Assembly (NCBI GenBank): GCA_040954595.2
Contig: CM082592.2
Coordinates: 10,378,731 to 10,442,730 of the forward strand
Direction: 5' to 3'
DNA: 64,000 bases
Source: Balanoglossus misakiensis
Lineage: Eukaryota > Animalia > Hemichordata
Part shown: positions 15,048 to 27,700 of the stretch, piece by piece
Numbering within the stretch: position 1 is the stretch's first letter
Layout: every line of letters begins with the position of its first letter
Position numbers and translations under genes: made by a program
Notes under the pieces: generated by a model
The model's database searches: none
Told to the model about the DNA's origin: nothing
The model's input: the letters and a program-made list of their open reading frames with translations, nothing else

Positions 15048-16637
15048 CAGCGACGACAATGGTGATTACCGTGACAACAAACGATGATGGTTTCTTTTGT
15101 TCCAAAGCTGTTTTGCTACATTGTCACTTACAAACACATTTCCATTAGCGGTTAGTGGGGCTCGACCTCCACTCGATTCCCTTCAACTTGACATTGTCAC
15201 ATTTTAATGAAATCTTTTTAGACCTTCGGGCAGCATTAATGTAGAACCTCCAGTGTCTCATCTCATTAAGGTTTATGCCAAAGCCATGAAAGTACCAATC
15301 TTCAAGCTCTTATTATTTATGACAAGTCCAATGAATTTCCACCGGAATGCGGTCAGTAATTACCGAGTTTACAATGATGGTAATTCACAGTGCCATGTTC
15401 AAACCATAATTGAAATTGACTAAATTGTGACTTTAACACGAAAACTGTTGCCAGCACACATCTCTATTTGATTGGATGTCTATTGGATGTGAACACTGAC
15501 AATTACACTATTGTACACCAAGTATGAGAGAGAACAGTTTAATTTTCAAATAGACTACATTTAAACAGCACACAATATATCATATTTAATTTGACTGAAA
15601 TTGCTTCAGCGACCTTTGACCTTTGAGGCACAAACAAAGCCTGTCTTCCAACACAGGTGTTCACGACCCAGATCGCTATCATCAAACGCTCCTAATTTTT
15701 CTCCTTTATCTGAAAATTCTCGGAGGCGCGCAGTCACAAATTGAATCTCATCCGTTGCGGTAGTGAAAATAATTGAAGGCTTGTTCAGAGTGTCAGAGGT
15801 TTTACTACATCGGATGACAAGATGTAGATGATTAGTAAAACTGAAGAGGATAGTGCTGTATGCGGAAGAAAGCTCTTTAGCTGCCACAGATGACTCGAGG
15901 GAAATCAACTCAAGAGAAATCAAAGTCATTGTCAAATGATAAGACGTTAGTAGTCTTCATGCATGCAGGCAGAGAAAAGTAAGGGTTTAGGGTTTCATAA
16001 TGGGCGTTCAACTCTGATGGGCATTCAACATGCTTAAAATCAATACATGCAGGTACAAGTAGCCGTGTTCAGACCGGAAAGTAGGCCATGTCACTTCAGG
16101 CTATGATTCACTGTCAAGTACAGCAGCATTAATCTTAATGATGTGGTATATAGAACGCGGTAAAAGGATCTAACCATGTATTTGCAGGAAATCATTCTCA
16201 CTAAATAGTTTATAACTTGGTGCCACTGCATTTTAGGAGTACATGCTGCAGTGCATTATGGGCCAAATTTCAGATACTTTTCAAAGGTTTTTGGTCTTAA
16301 ACTAGTTGTTTGATCCAAAAGTTCTTCTGAAAAAAAATTGTGTCATTGCTCTTGATGTGTATTGACTTGTATGGTCAAATTCACGTGAGATTTGGGATCA
16401 TTAAAGCATCTTTCTTTTGTGTTCATTTGTGCAATGCTATCTGTTCATCAGTTCACCTCCATTCCGACTTTATCTGCCGACACAATTACTCATTCTCCTT
16501 TTACAATTAATCCGTTGATCAGTTGTGGTGTAGCTGCAGTTTTATGGCATTGACAATCATTAGCGCTGGTTGCATGCTGTTCTCAGATGGGCTTTTGGGG
16601 CTTTTGATGAGTGACCAACCATTACCTAGACCACTGG

Positions 16638-16728
16638 GTCAGTCAATCAATCAATCAATCAAGCCACAAATTAATCAATCAGACAGCCAGTCAGTAAGCC
16701 ACTCAATTAATCAAACAACCAACCAACC
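16638..16728 (+). repeat. Degenerate (TCAA)/(CCAA) tetranucleotide repeat
   Basis: tcagtcaatcaatcaatcaatcaa...aaccaaccaacc. Confidence 0.7.
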
Positions 16729-17010
16729 GAGCAGAGAGATGGAAGATGCACTAAAATGAACCAAAACTATTGGCCATTTGTCTTGATTTTAAATTTGTTC
16801 GTGTTGTCGATCATGATCACTATCAGGCATTGAGCTCTGTGGCAGAGCCAATATCTGACCTCTGATACCTCGGAAAGTCAATTCTACCATGAATTGTAGA
16901 TGGTGGTTGTAGCGGTTGATATATGTGATGGTTGTCATCACATTACTCTGATACAAAGAACAATATTATTCCTTTGTCGGACATACCGGTATGGTAATCT
17001 GGATGAAATT

Positions 17011-17073
17011 TAGCCCGGAGACCAGGGCGTTGATTCTTGGAATTCTAGAATCGACGCCCTGATCTCCGGGCTA
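17011..17073. mobile_element. 63-bp palindromic mini-insertion, TAG...CTA ends, perfect 9-bp TSD
   Basis: 27-bp arms (25/27 complementary) around a 9-nt loop. GATGAAATT occurs at both 17002-17010 and 17074-17082. Confidence 0.85.
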
Positions 17074-18480
17074 GATGAAATTGAGTGTGTGAAGCATGGG
17101 GAAAACATGGAGAGCATCGGTCAATGTGAAGACCACGTGAAGAATGATGACTTTAATTAGGTGTTGGTCCTGAGAGACACTTAGTGTTCATACGGTCTTT
17201 CCTTCTTCCTTCCTCTCGCTCTCTCTCATCAATTTCCCATGTGTATACTCTTTCTTCTATGATTCGCAGGTCCAATTGACAGCTTTATGGCTCCTAGCAT
17301 GTGTCATGTGCTGATACAAGATTACCTGTATCTGTTGCACTCATCAGAGTCGAGATGCAATGAAAATAGCTATTTCCCGTCTTAATATGAAAGTGTAATG
17401 TAGAGATATGGCCTGGATCAGTTGTTAATAGCTTGAAAGGAATTAATGGACAGTATCGCAACTTCAAACGACAATTGGAAGCGATTCACAGCTTACCTTA
17501 ATGAGATGTTGAAGAAATAATTTAATTAAAAAATTAAGTCAATGGGACAGAGTGCAGACAACGGGTGGCTCCAGTAGTTCCCCTTGCCTAGTAATGATTG
17601 CAATAAATTACATACACCAGATCAATGAAAATGTTGTAAAAAAGCAAGATGTAATAGGAAGGAATGATTGGATTTTAACCCTAGGGTTGTCACCAATCAA
17701 CTCAGATCCTAGATTGGCCCAATGACTTTACATCTTAAATATTGATAAACATGTATTATACTCTAAGTACCTGGACTCCACCGGCCATCTGAGTAAAATG
17801 TTTTGTTTCTCACCATGTCACTCTGTTATTTTCAGTTTTGCTTCAGTAGAAATACCCATTTGGGTTGGTTGTACAAAAGGCTTAAAAGAAGATCCACTAT
17901 TTGAAATGTTCACCCACATGACTATACATTTCTGATACTGAACTGTCTGTAAATTGACCCTCGGCTGGCATTGCTTGCAAGCATTGCTGGGCTAAATTGG
18001 ATGTTTAAAAACAGTGGATTTCAAACTATTAACTATGGTCAATTATTGACAATATCACATATGGAAGACCATATTTCAGACCACAAGTACCATACCCGTT
18101 GAACCATCTGTGTCTGATGGAATGAACTTTGCCAACTAAGAAAAACTGTGTTTCTGTGGTTGCAATCATGTATGTAGGCATTAAACAAACAGCAGCCTCC
18201 AGAGAGAAAAGTTTATCAAATGCGAACATCAAGGTTGAAAGTAATACTTTGGATGGCTTTGATGAAGAATGTGCGATGCATGTATCAATGCAGCCTGAGT
18301 ATGATAAAATGGAAAGCCAGGTGAATTTTCTAAGTCCCTGGAGCAAAGGCAAAAGTACTGATACGAGTGGAAGTTAAAATCTGATAGGCACGATGTGTGC
18401 ACATTGGGAAAAAATTCTATTTGTATTTATGAAGGAACGTGTACTTTACAGATGAACTTATCAAAATGACTAATTATTTG

Positions 18481-18722
18481 CAGAGTTCATGCTCTCCTTG
18501 AAAATCCTAGAAATTGAACCCACTTCGGAAGAGTCCTTGAATGCCTCTTATGCTATCATAAAATTGAAGTCATATTGAACTACATGTGGTTTCAACAACA
18601 GTAACGAACAATCACTCCTAAAAATAGCACAATGAACTCCCAAATTCCTGGAAAACCATTGAAAATATAATAAACTTGAAAATCCTGGAATTTTGAATGT
18701 TGAGTTTTTAATGAACTTTCTG
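18481..18722 (+). mobile_element. Degenerate dispersed repeat, copy 2 (hAT-like MITE remnant)
   Basis: Similar to the 11913 copy. It has a possible imperfect TIR (cagagttcat / atgaactttctg) and no TSD. Confidence 0.45.
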
Positions 18723-19891
18723 ATGATCCCAGAGTGCATTTTAATGGTAGTTTTTAAACTGTGCGTGCTGCAAAATCATTGAAAAGTAAAGGGTCATATT
18801 TTAAAGCGCATCAATTGTTGTTCACCAGTGACGCATCTAATAATACCTGCAATGCGTAAAATGCATATGGGTGAGGTACGCTGCATTGTGGAACTGAAAA
18901 TGTAATAATGTCATTTTATAATAACACCATCATGCAGTCATTTACATGTGAAACTAAAAGTTTAAATGGGGTATCCCAGCCAGTTAACAATCTAGACATG
19001 ACAGTTGATAGAATTAAAGCATTTTATTAGCAGTGTTGAAAGATACCTGCACCCATTAATCTAAGGATTTAGTGTCTCAAAAAAATCAATTCGCAGGAAA
19101 TGCGATTTTTTATTAGGGTTAATCTTGATAGATCTGCAGAGCATTATCAGCTGGTGTCTCGAAGTCTCTGTTTCTTGTCTTTAATACGCACAGGGATTTA
19201 TTGGAGAGAGGTACTTTAAAATGAGTCCATATCAGGGATGGGAATTCGGGATGGTGGCCTGTCTCATGGGTGCCCGGAATTCTGTGAGTTTGCTTTATAT
19301 GCAACAGGGATTGGGAATCCATGCAGATGTTGGCAGGAGTGGCGAACTAGCACTTGAATCCGAATTTATCCTCGGGGTAATTACGGTAGATTTGTCCGCA
19401 TTGATAGAACTCAACCCGACAGATCGAGTCACAAATGTCAACTTTATTCTGCATGCAGCTCACAGTATGAAACGTACATAAGTTGTACATGCATAGACCA
19501 ATATGAACGCACAAAACACATACCTATTGGTGAATGGTTTTGAACAATTGTCAAACAAATTGTTACAGTCCCTGTACCTGAACTGATTTTTACAAGGTTG
19601 GCACAAGGACGGTGCAGTAACAACATGTACACAAAAATGTTTTAACCATCTGATATTGATTAAATATTGACTCAAAAATATAATTTCAAACTGAACATGC
19701 ATGTATGTACCTGAACTGATTTCTACAAAATTGACACAATGATAGCGCGAAAATGTTCACCGAACTAGTTTCTTCAGCTCTCTTTGACATCCTTTATAGG
19801 TCATCAAAGTTCCTTCCAAGTTGACACATTGCAATGATATACCGGTATATGTAATATAACATATGTCTGGTTTTTTTGTTAATTTTTCCAG

Positions 19892-22800
19892 ATGATGTTG
19901 ATATATGGAGTCTGGCTGGTACCCCTATGCTTGTGCATCATTTTACCTGTCGTCAGAACATCAACTGTGTTGCCATGGCAAAAGAGCAAGCGGTCATCGC
20001 AGCTGCAGAAGGTCACAGTGTCCGCATCGAAGCCACTGATGAAAACGGTCACTGGAACTGCAAACGCCAACCAAGTACAGATGAACCAGTAAGAATTAGT
20101 TTCCTTCATGTACCGGTACATATAGTTAGCCAAGACTGACCGTGACTTTTGCTTTCTACTGGTATATGCATGTCTTTGTCGCAGTGTATGACTTTGAACT
20201 TGGCCAATTGACGAAATTGCTGGCAGTTCCTGAGATGCAAGTTCACCCAGTTCAGAATCATAATTACTCATTTCCTACCAATTTTTCTTGCGGTGCACTT
20301 TGAAAATGATTCCAGCAAGCCTCTGGTTACATTGGATGACGATCATTAGCTGTCTCTAATATCTATCGTGTGGCATTCATTTTAAGCTACATGCAGTTTA
20401 ATTTTTTGGTGTATCAATTTGCCTCAGGGGGCATGCAGAATTTTGTATAAAATTGCCGTAATTAGTGTCAAATTTGGCTCTTGCTGAGATTGGCTACAGG
20501 TACCTCTGCAAATCACAATTTGCCATACTTTTTGTTGAAGCCATGTTAGTTGTAAATCTATGCAACTTTTTTCCATACAAGACGTGCTCTCATTGTCTCT
20601 AAATTACCCCTTTTAGCAATATATGCAGAGTTGACATATCCATCTCTATAAGTGACCTGCAGGAGTCGATGTTATATCGGGCAAGTTCAATGCCTGTTCT
20701 GGAAACTACCAGCAGTGTTTAAATTTTACTTTAATGGCTTTGACTTTCCGAAAAACCAATAATTTTTTACTGCAGCGATTATAGGTAAATGCAATCAGGT
20801 CATGTTATCATTCTGCAGTTAGATTTGGCATCCATATGATGGGTCCATATTTGTTTATGTGATCTGCAACTGTACAGTATGGTGGTCATATGTTTTGGTG
20901 CATCCAAAACATTATTTTTTTACACTAATTTTTTTTGGTAGCAACAAGCAAACAAACATGTCATAGAGAGTGAATAACACATGAATTTATTTCGAAACTC
21001 AAATCATGAAGATGATGTAAAAAGATGCCACTTTAACATGACCGTTATTTTCTGTATTTTTTTACAGGTAACTTTTATGAAGTTCATTCCGAATAATTCT
21101 TCCAATTTACATATCGTCATGGTAACAGAGAGTGCAATGGGAGGTGTTTATTACTATCCAATCAGTGCTCAGTCACCAGATAAAGTGATAAAGTTACACC
21201 AGATGATCACACCAATAAGTTGCTTAGATGTCGGTACGAATCTCATTGCTTGTGGTGTTGGATCAACCGGCTTCCAAGAAGGATTTTTAGTGAGTGATCT
21301 TCAATTGAGAAGATTATTGCTTTTTTATGTGTATATAAAATATAAATGAACAAACAGATGTTTGATGAAGCAGTACCTGAACATTTTCAGATTTGTCAAT
21401 AACTGAAATTATATCTTCTGCGAAAGTGCTATCAACTTTCTTTTTTTCTAGAGAGATTGTACAATGTTTGGTTGCCATGGCTCTAATGATTTAACAAGCT
21501 TGACAAATGTTACAAGATGCTTATCAAATCTGATATGTGATTCAGAAACTTTTTCTTTATGTGTTTGCAGGTTAAGATTTTGGATTTTGAGAATGGCAAA
21601 GTTTTGAACACTTTGCACGGACATAACTGGGGAGTAACCTGTGTGAATTTGGCTGATAGTCCAACAAATATGATAATTACTGGATGCCGAGACAAGAAGT
21701 AAGTATCTTTGAAACTTTATAGAAGTATACATTAGTGATTAATGAACATGAATCAAAGATGGTTTCAAGTTCTATGTTCTGTCGTGTCTTGTTTCAGAGT
21801 TCGCGTCTACGACACAAGAAGCGGCGAGTGGCCCGTCATGACAGTGCGTGGACACGGCGGTTCAGTCACCGCGGTTCAGATGGACGACTGGAAGGCAGTC
21901 AGTGGAGGTTTCGAAGGAATGCTGTGTGTCTGGGATCTCCGAATGAAAAGCAAACTGTGGGAAACCTATGCAAGGCATGTATCCGCATTTCACAATATTG
22001 TCAATCTGCAGATCTGTTTAGACATCTGTAGCGTATTTATTATGACAGCGAGATGATTTGGCTCCCATCCATGCGTCTTTTTGAAAAAATAATAACACGA
22101 TTTAAGATGCTGCAGATGATAACCTGAGAAATCCTCAAGTAACTGCTGCGTGACCTTAGACCTCGAATCAAGGACAGCAAATGCCTGCATGTGTGGCTTT
22201 ACTCACAGTTATTATGGATTGAGTTGGCAGGATCGAACCTACTCGATCAAAGTACAATCAAGGACATTTGAAACGTTTTGTGTATTGTCCCTTATCTGTT
22301 TACATTACAGGTTTCAAACTGGCCAGAAATACTCTGGTTTCAAATCCTGCATGAACAACATCATGTGTGAACATTGAAAGTTAAAACTCCACATTTTGCC
22401 CTTGTAGAGAGTTTCAATGACATCATGTTGAATGTGAGCGAATGTCGAACTGTTTCCGATGTATAGTTCGTGTATTTGTGATCTGTCATAGACCGGATCA
22501 TATGTACAATGAATAAAATGTAAATTTGTAGATATAAGAGGCCGCTGAGTGTAATACACCAGATGTCCCCTGAACAAAAGTTGGATGAAAATCTATAAAC
22601 AAAGACTGCCAGTTGGGTGTTTTGTGAATTTATTCTCACTGCATGTTGGTTATTTTTTTTCTAATCCCACAGACATCCAGTCGGCTACTGTCATTTCAAC
22701 AGAACAATGTTGATCTCAGCTCATATCCCTCAGAGATATAGCCAGGAGGATGATGACTTTGATATTGTTGTTCATAAAAGGTAAAATGACATTGACAGGG

Positions 22801-24190
22801 ACAACAGGTGTCACTTTGATAATATTCATGATCTATGTTCCTTGTATAAAATATAGCTTCTTAGTTTACTCAATAAGGTAACTTGATTCAAAGTCTATGA
22901 TTCAACCCTTTCAACCCCCAACAGTTGATCTTGACATTGAACTCTGACCTATCAGGATTGCCAATCACTGAAATTCAATTTCCTAGAACAACAATTCAGC
23001 AAATTGACAAATTGATCAAATTATTCTCGGAAAAAGCCAATGCGAGATTAAAAAAAAAATCATGGAATTTTCAAGGTGACTTTATGTTATGAACCCAGGA
23101 TCAACCGCAGACATTGTCAGGACCTAAGAGACCAAATTACAACAAGTGCATGGTTTTACAAGCACCAAGGGGCCAGGGCAATAGCATGTTTTTCCGGCAT
23201 CTCAAAGTTATGAGGGGAAAAACCACAGGTGCCATGGTTGAACAGTACATGCATGCGTTCAGCCTGATTGTAGATTTATGAAATGAGACTTCATGGTATT
23301 GTAAAGGTTATAAGAGCGATTATTGTAAAAGTGGGTCAAAAATGTCAACAGATGCCTTCTGGTATATAGTCCCGTATTGTGTTGAGTTATTATCAAGGCA
23401 CAACATGACGGTTTGTTTCCTGTCAAAGTGGTTATATATAATCAGTCGGTCTCTTTTAGTTGGCTTTCAGTCGTGTGTGTCTTTGTGTGTATATATGTGT
23501 GTGCTGCTGCAGCTGTGCTATTTAATTGTGGGTCTGGTAAAGTGTAAAGATAAAGCTTAGGATCAAGTTATCGTTCACAAATGGTTTTGTCATATTCTGC
23601 AAAAGCCGAGAATACCTTTATGACTTCTGTAATCAAAACGTGCAAAGTGGATTTATTATACTTTCAGAAGCAAATCACAGTTTTGTAAAAAAAAATTCCC
23701 GGTGAGCTCACATGCATGCCATTGTTGATGGGCAAAACCCACACATCGACCATCATGTGAGCAAACACAGAGTGACTCATACTGCTGGGACATTGAGGTT
23801 GAATGATCTGAGAGGAAGGATTGCATTTGAAAAGGGGAAATTTTGCAACTCGCCACAGAGGTCGCACTGCAGTTAAAACGTGAATGAACTGCAGCATATG
23901 GGTTTCTCAAGGGGTTGACTGTCATTCAACATGTGCAGAAGATTTAGTCAACAAGCTAACAAGCGAAACAGTTAGATGCCAGGATGTAAGGTCGTGTTGG
24001 GGTACACGCAAGTTGCTTATTGAATCGTGATATCTTTTCTTTTTTCAGACAAAGAGGAGACCTTCGTGTTTATAACTTTCTGATTGATCAAGACACTGGT
24101 TTGCTTCCTTCAATTTGTCAATCAACATATGATGAACCAGAGGGTTACAACTACAACATCACTCTGGCAGTACCCTATGATGACATATAG
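19892..24190 (+). CDS. FBXW8: F-box/WD40-repeat protein, FBXW8-like (3' part, 6 exons; 5' exons lie upstream or outside the window)
   Basis: Phase-consistent exons 19892-20088, 21068-21289, 21571-21698, 21798-21974, 22673-22780, 24049-24190 (stop TAG). WD40 repeats are visible: LHGHNWGVTCV...IITGCRDKKVRVYD and VRGHGGSVTAVQMDDWKAVSGGFEGMLCVWDLR. The C-terminus LWETYARHPV...RGDLRVYNF.IDQ...YNITLAVPYDDI matches my recollection of the vertebrate FBXW8 C-terminus; not database-checked. Confidence 0.85.
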
Positions 24191-24497
24191 CCAATCAGGA
24201 GACGTGGAGCCCCTCATGTGACAAGTTGAGACCAATCAGAATCGAGGGAACTATGCAATAAGATGTAACCAATTTAATAGGAATCAGTAAACCCTCATTT
24301 GATAGGAGACATTCCAATGAGAAGAGAATAATCCTGATTTAGTAGAAGTACCAGGAAATATTGATGGAAAACTATTAAGAAATGTCAATTGGGAATTATA
24401 TTTTTTGCTCTCTCTTAAACTTTGACTTGCTAAGGCATCGTCATTTGAGAGAAACAGAATGATTATTTACATGTGAACACATTCAGTTTATTTGAAC

Positions 24498-24503
24498 AAT
24501 AAA
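24498..24503 (+). terminator. Poly(A) signal of the FBXW8-like gene
   Basis: AATAAA about 310 bp after the stop codon, followed by T-rich and GT-rich sequence. Confidence 0.6.
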
Positions 24504-24649
24504 TATTTTTTTATTGACATTACTTATGTGTAAGCTGTGTTGTGTAGAGGATGAATGTCTGAGAGAGGTAGATGAGCCACTGTGATAATCATAAACTTGA
24601 ACAAAGCACAATGTTATAAAAATAAAAACAAGTACTGAGAATCCACCTT

Positions 24650-24786
24650 TGCTTTTGACCTCAAGGGGGCGCTGATCACTTCATTCGAGGAAAGGTCAGG
24701 CGGGGTCAACATGTGCTGAGGACAGCGTGTAGTCGAGCGAGTGATGAATCGGTCAAGAAATCAGGATTAAAATACGTTTTATCGAC
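24650..24786 (+). promoter_or_regulatory. Compact putative promoter/5'UTR of the Tudor gene
   Basis: Short CpG-enriched interval between the upstream poly(A) signal and the ATG at 24787. It contains a GC-box-like GGCGGGG and RGGTCA half-sites. Confidence 0.4.
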
Positions 24787-27700
24787 ATGTCTGTTCGGTG
24801 TTTCCGATGTGAAGAGGTGGAACCAACTGTTGAGTGTGAAAGTTGTTCAGCAGGCGAAGGTAAATATCACTGCGAAGAGCGCAATTCTCCATTTGCTGTC
24901 TGCTACATTTTATACACTACATATATCACAATCTTTATTCTTTTCTTTCACAGGCTGGGCTCCATATCCACTGTGCGAAACATGTTCAGCCGATATACAC
25001 AAAGGAAGATTAAAGAAATCCCACAGGATTACCCCTCTGTCAGACCAGGTAATTCAGGAAACCAACTTCACCATTATTTGTATCATCTCCATAAGCTTAG
25101 GCTGCATTCACAAACACCTCTGGAGGGGGGGGCGGGAGAATTCAATTTTTTTTACCGCTAATTTTCACATGCCCCCCTTCCGAACTGCCAATATTTTCAA
25201 ATCCCCCCCTTCCGAACTGCCAAAATTTTGAAATCCCCCCCCCTCCCATTTTCTTTCACAGAGCAAAACACATCACCTATCTATCTTGTAAAAAGAAAAA
25301 CAGCGCTCCCATGAAAAGAATTTGAAACTGATGTTTCCCCTCATCAGTGGGTATTAAAACTGCACATTGTTTTTATTTTTTAAGTACATATATTTGTATT
25401 CTGTGTTGAAAGACATTGTAAACCGAGAATTGAAGGGGGTGGGTTTGGGAGGGGGTGTCCCCCTCCCACGTAAGAAAATTTTCTAAAATACAGAGCTCAA
25501 AGCTGCATTTTAATGAACCCGCCAAACGCAAATTAACTCAACTACCGGTATGTTGGGGAGGACAACTTTAACCGTCGCCGCTCAAAGTTATCATGGGGTG
25601 GGGCAAGTCCCCTGACCTGGGACACTAGATAAACCAGTCAATGATTGAAAGGTGTTGATGAATGGAGGGGGTGGGTGTGGGAGGGGGTGTCCCCCTCCCA
25701 CATTAGAAAATTTTGTAAAATAAAGGGCGCGAAACTGCATTTTTGTGGACTCAAAATAAATATTTAGTCGTTAAAGTTTTCAAGTCCCCCCCTTTCAGTC
25801 CCTAAATTATTTCAAATCCCCCCCCTTACATACCCTCAATTTTTTCAAATCCCCCCCCTCAATTCTCCTGCCCCCCCCCCCTCCAGAGGTGTTTGTGAAT
25901 GCAGCCTTAGAGTCATATTGACATACATTACTCACATGGTCATATAATGGAACCTTTTCTGATTCAGTTACAGAAACATCAAGTGAGATTGACAACTGCT
26001 TTGAGCCTGTAAGTATATGACTAGCTAACTTTTTCATATTTTGTAATATTAATAGGAAGTAAGTGGCTATATAGCAATAATTTTGTCATAGCCTCATGGT
26101 TGTATTATATAATGTACACTTAAAAAGTAATTCTTTGTTCAACATTTCTACATAGTAAAAGGGAGAACCTGGAAAGGAAATTGCAGGAGTTACAGTATAC
26201 TGGGAGAGAAATACGAGAAGGGTATGTGATGATTCTTGTTTAAAGGGTGTTTCTATTTTGTGTTCATTTTTTGGTGTCACCATCTTTATTGTATGTCTAT
26301 TTCTGTTCCGACAAATCCTCAACTTTCTCGTGCATAATCTCGTTCTCTTCTTCCGCATTGTTTCATTCCAACACAGTGCTGATCACTGTGAGAGACTTGT
26401 AGAAGAAGCTTTCTTTGATTTACAATGTAAACTACAGAAGAAGGCCAGACTGGTGATTTCTACAATCAAGCAAACAAAAGAAGAAAAACTATCACAAAAG
26501 GCAGAGTGTATGAAAGTTATTACTGATGAATTAGAAGAACTTGGAAAGGTAAATATTCTGTGCTCATTGGTTAGTCTATTTACAGCGCGGTATGTACAAT
26601 CATCAAAAACTCACAATTTGTAATCATACGATCTGTTGCCCAGTGTTCTGCCAAGAGGTATGTTTCAAGAAACGAAATTCCTGCTTAATTAAATACCACT
26701 TGTTTGCTTGCTGTTTTCCATAAATTTATATCTTACTTAATTCATATCTTCAATTTTCCAGGTCAGCCAAACAGTTGAAGAAGTTCTGAACACAAATGAC
26801 ATCGATGTATTGTATGAGAAAATACCACCTCTCATTGAAAAGGTAAAATTAATTTTTTATACTAAGCCAAATTTTGCATCTTGTGGTTGTGTGAGTTACA
26901 TATTTTGATTATTTCTAATCACATTTCCTGCTGAACTAATTAACTGTATGAGGGTGAATATTTCAGTTGGAATCGAAGACCGATCTGACAGCCATTGCAG
27001 ATAAATATCCAAGTTGTGTGTTTGCTGTGAAGTTGGACATCAGTCAGATCAGGACTTGTATCGACAACCTCCAGCTGGAAAAGATGGCTGCCAGCGACCG
27101 AGCTGAAGAAGTGTTTGAAGAACTTAAGATAGGTAGGTTTCCAAGTGTGTGGGATTAGATCTTGCATGAATATCTTTGGTTGATAAGCAGCCACGACTAC
27201 AAATAATTCACAACTGGACAATTTTCTGTGTATTATTTTTATAATAGAACAAATATCTTTTGAAGATTGCAATTGTCACCATTCCTGAGTGTGACCAAAA
27301 CAGAAATATTAGTACATGTACACTCTGATTACTTTCCAGGGGATTCATTCCATGCAGTGATGGAGGGAAGAATGAATGAAAAAGGAGAATTTTGGGTTGT
27401 CAAGAATTTCGATGAGTATCCGGAAGTTCTTGAGGAGCTGGAGATGATGAAATTCCAAATCAGGTGAGAAGATGAAATCAGTTGGATTAAACCCTGTATC
27501 TCCCGTATCGATTCACGTAGAAAATTGAAGAAGATGGTTACATTCACATCTCTAACTTAACCTGTGGTGTTTCGTGTTTTCAACCGCCAGAAAAGACGCA
27601 TTTTTCACGAGCGTGAAGATCGGTTGGAAGGAAAGCATTACAGAAGGCGCGTTATGTTTCGGATTGTTCGATCAAGATTGCAGTTGGTTCAGAGCAGTTG

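Larger units (their letters stand above)
1..19891 (+). other. Probable very large intron of the FBXW8-like gene
   Basis: The exon at 19892 begins mid-codon after a polypyrimidine/CAG acceptor. I found no credible coding exon in 1-19891, and the track ORFs there are short with no recognisable motifs. Small exons could have been missed. Confidence 0.6.

Noticed and set aside
14773-15148. Poly-Ile 'membrane' and poly-Met ORFs
   Set aside because: These are translations of the (ATG)21 microsatellite.
70-19702. Numerous 60-120-aa track ORFs
   Set aside because: No recognisable domains, many non-ATG starts and no consistent exon chain.
21979-21990. GTATCC as a U12-type donor
   Set aside because: It is GTATCCGC rather than GTATCCTT, and no phase-compatible acceptor exists. 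The GC donor at 21975 fits.
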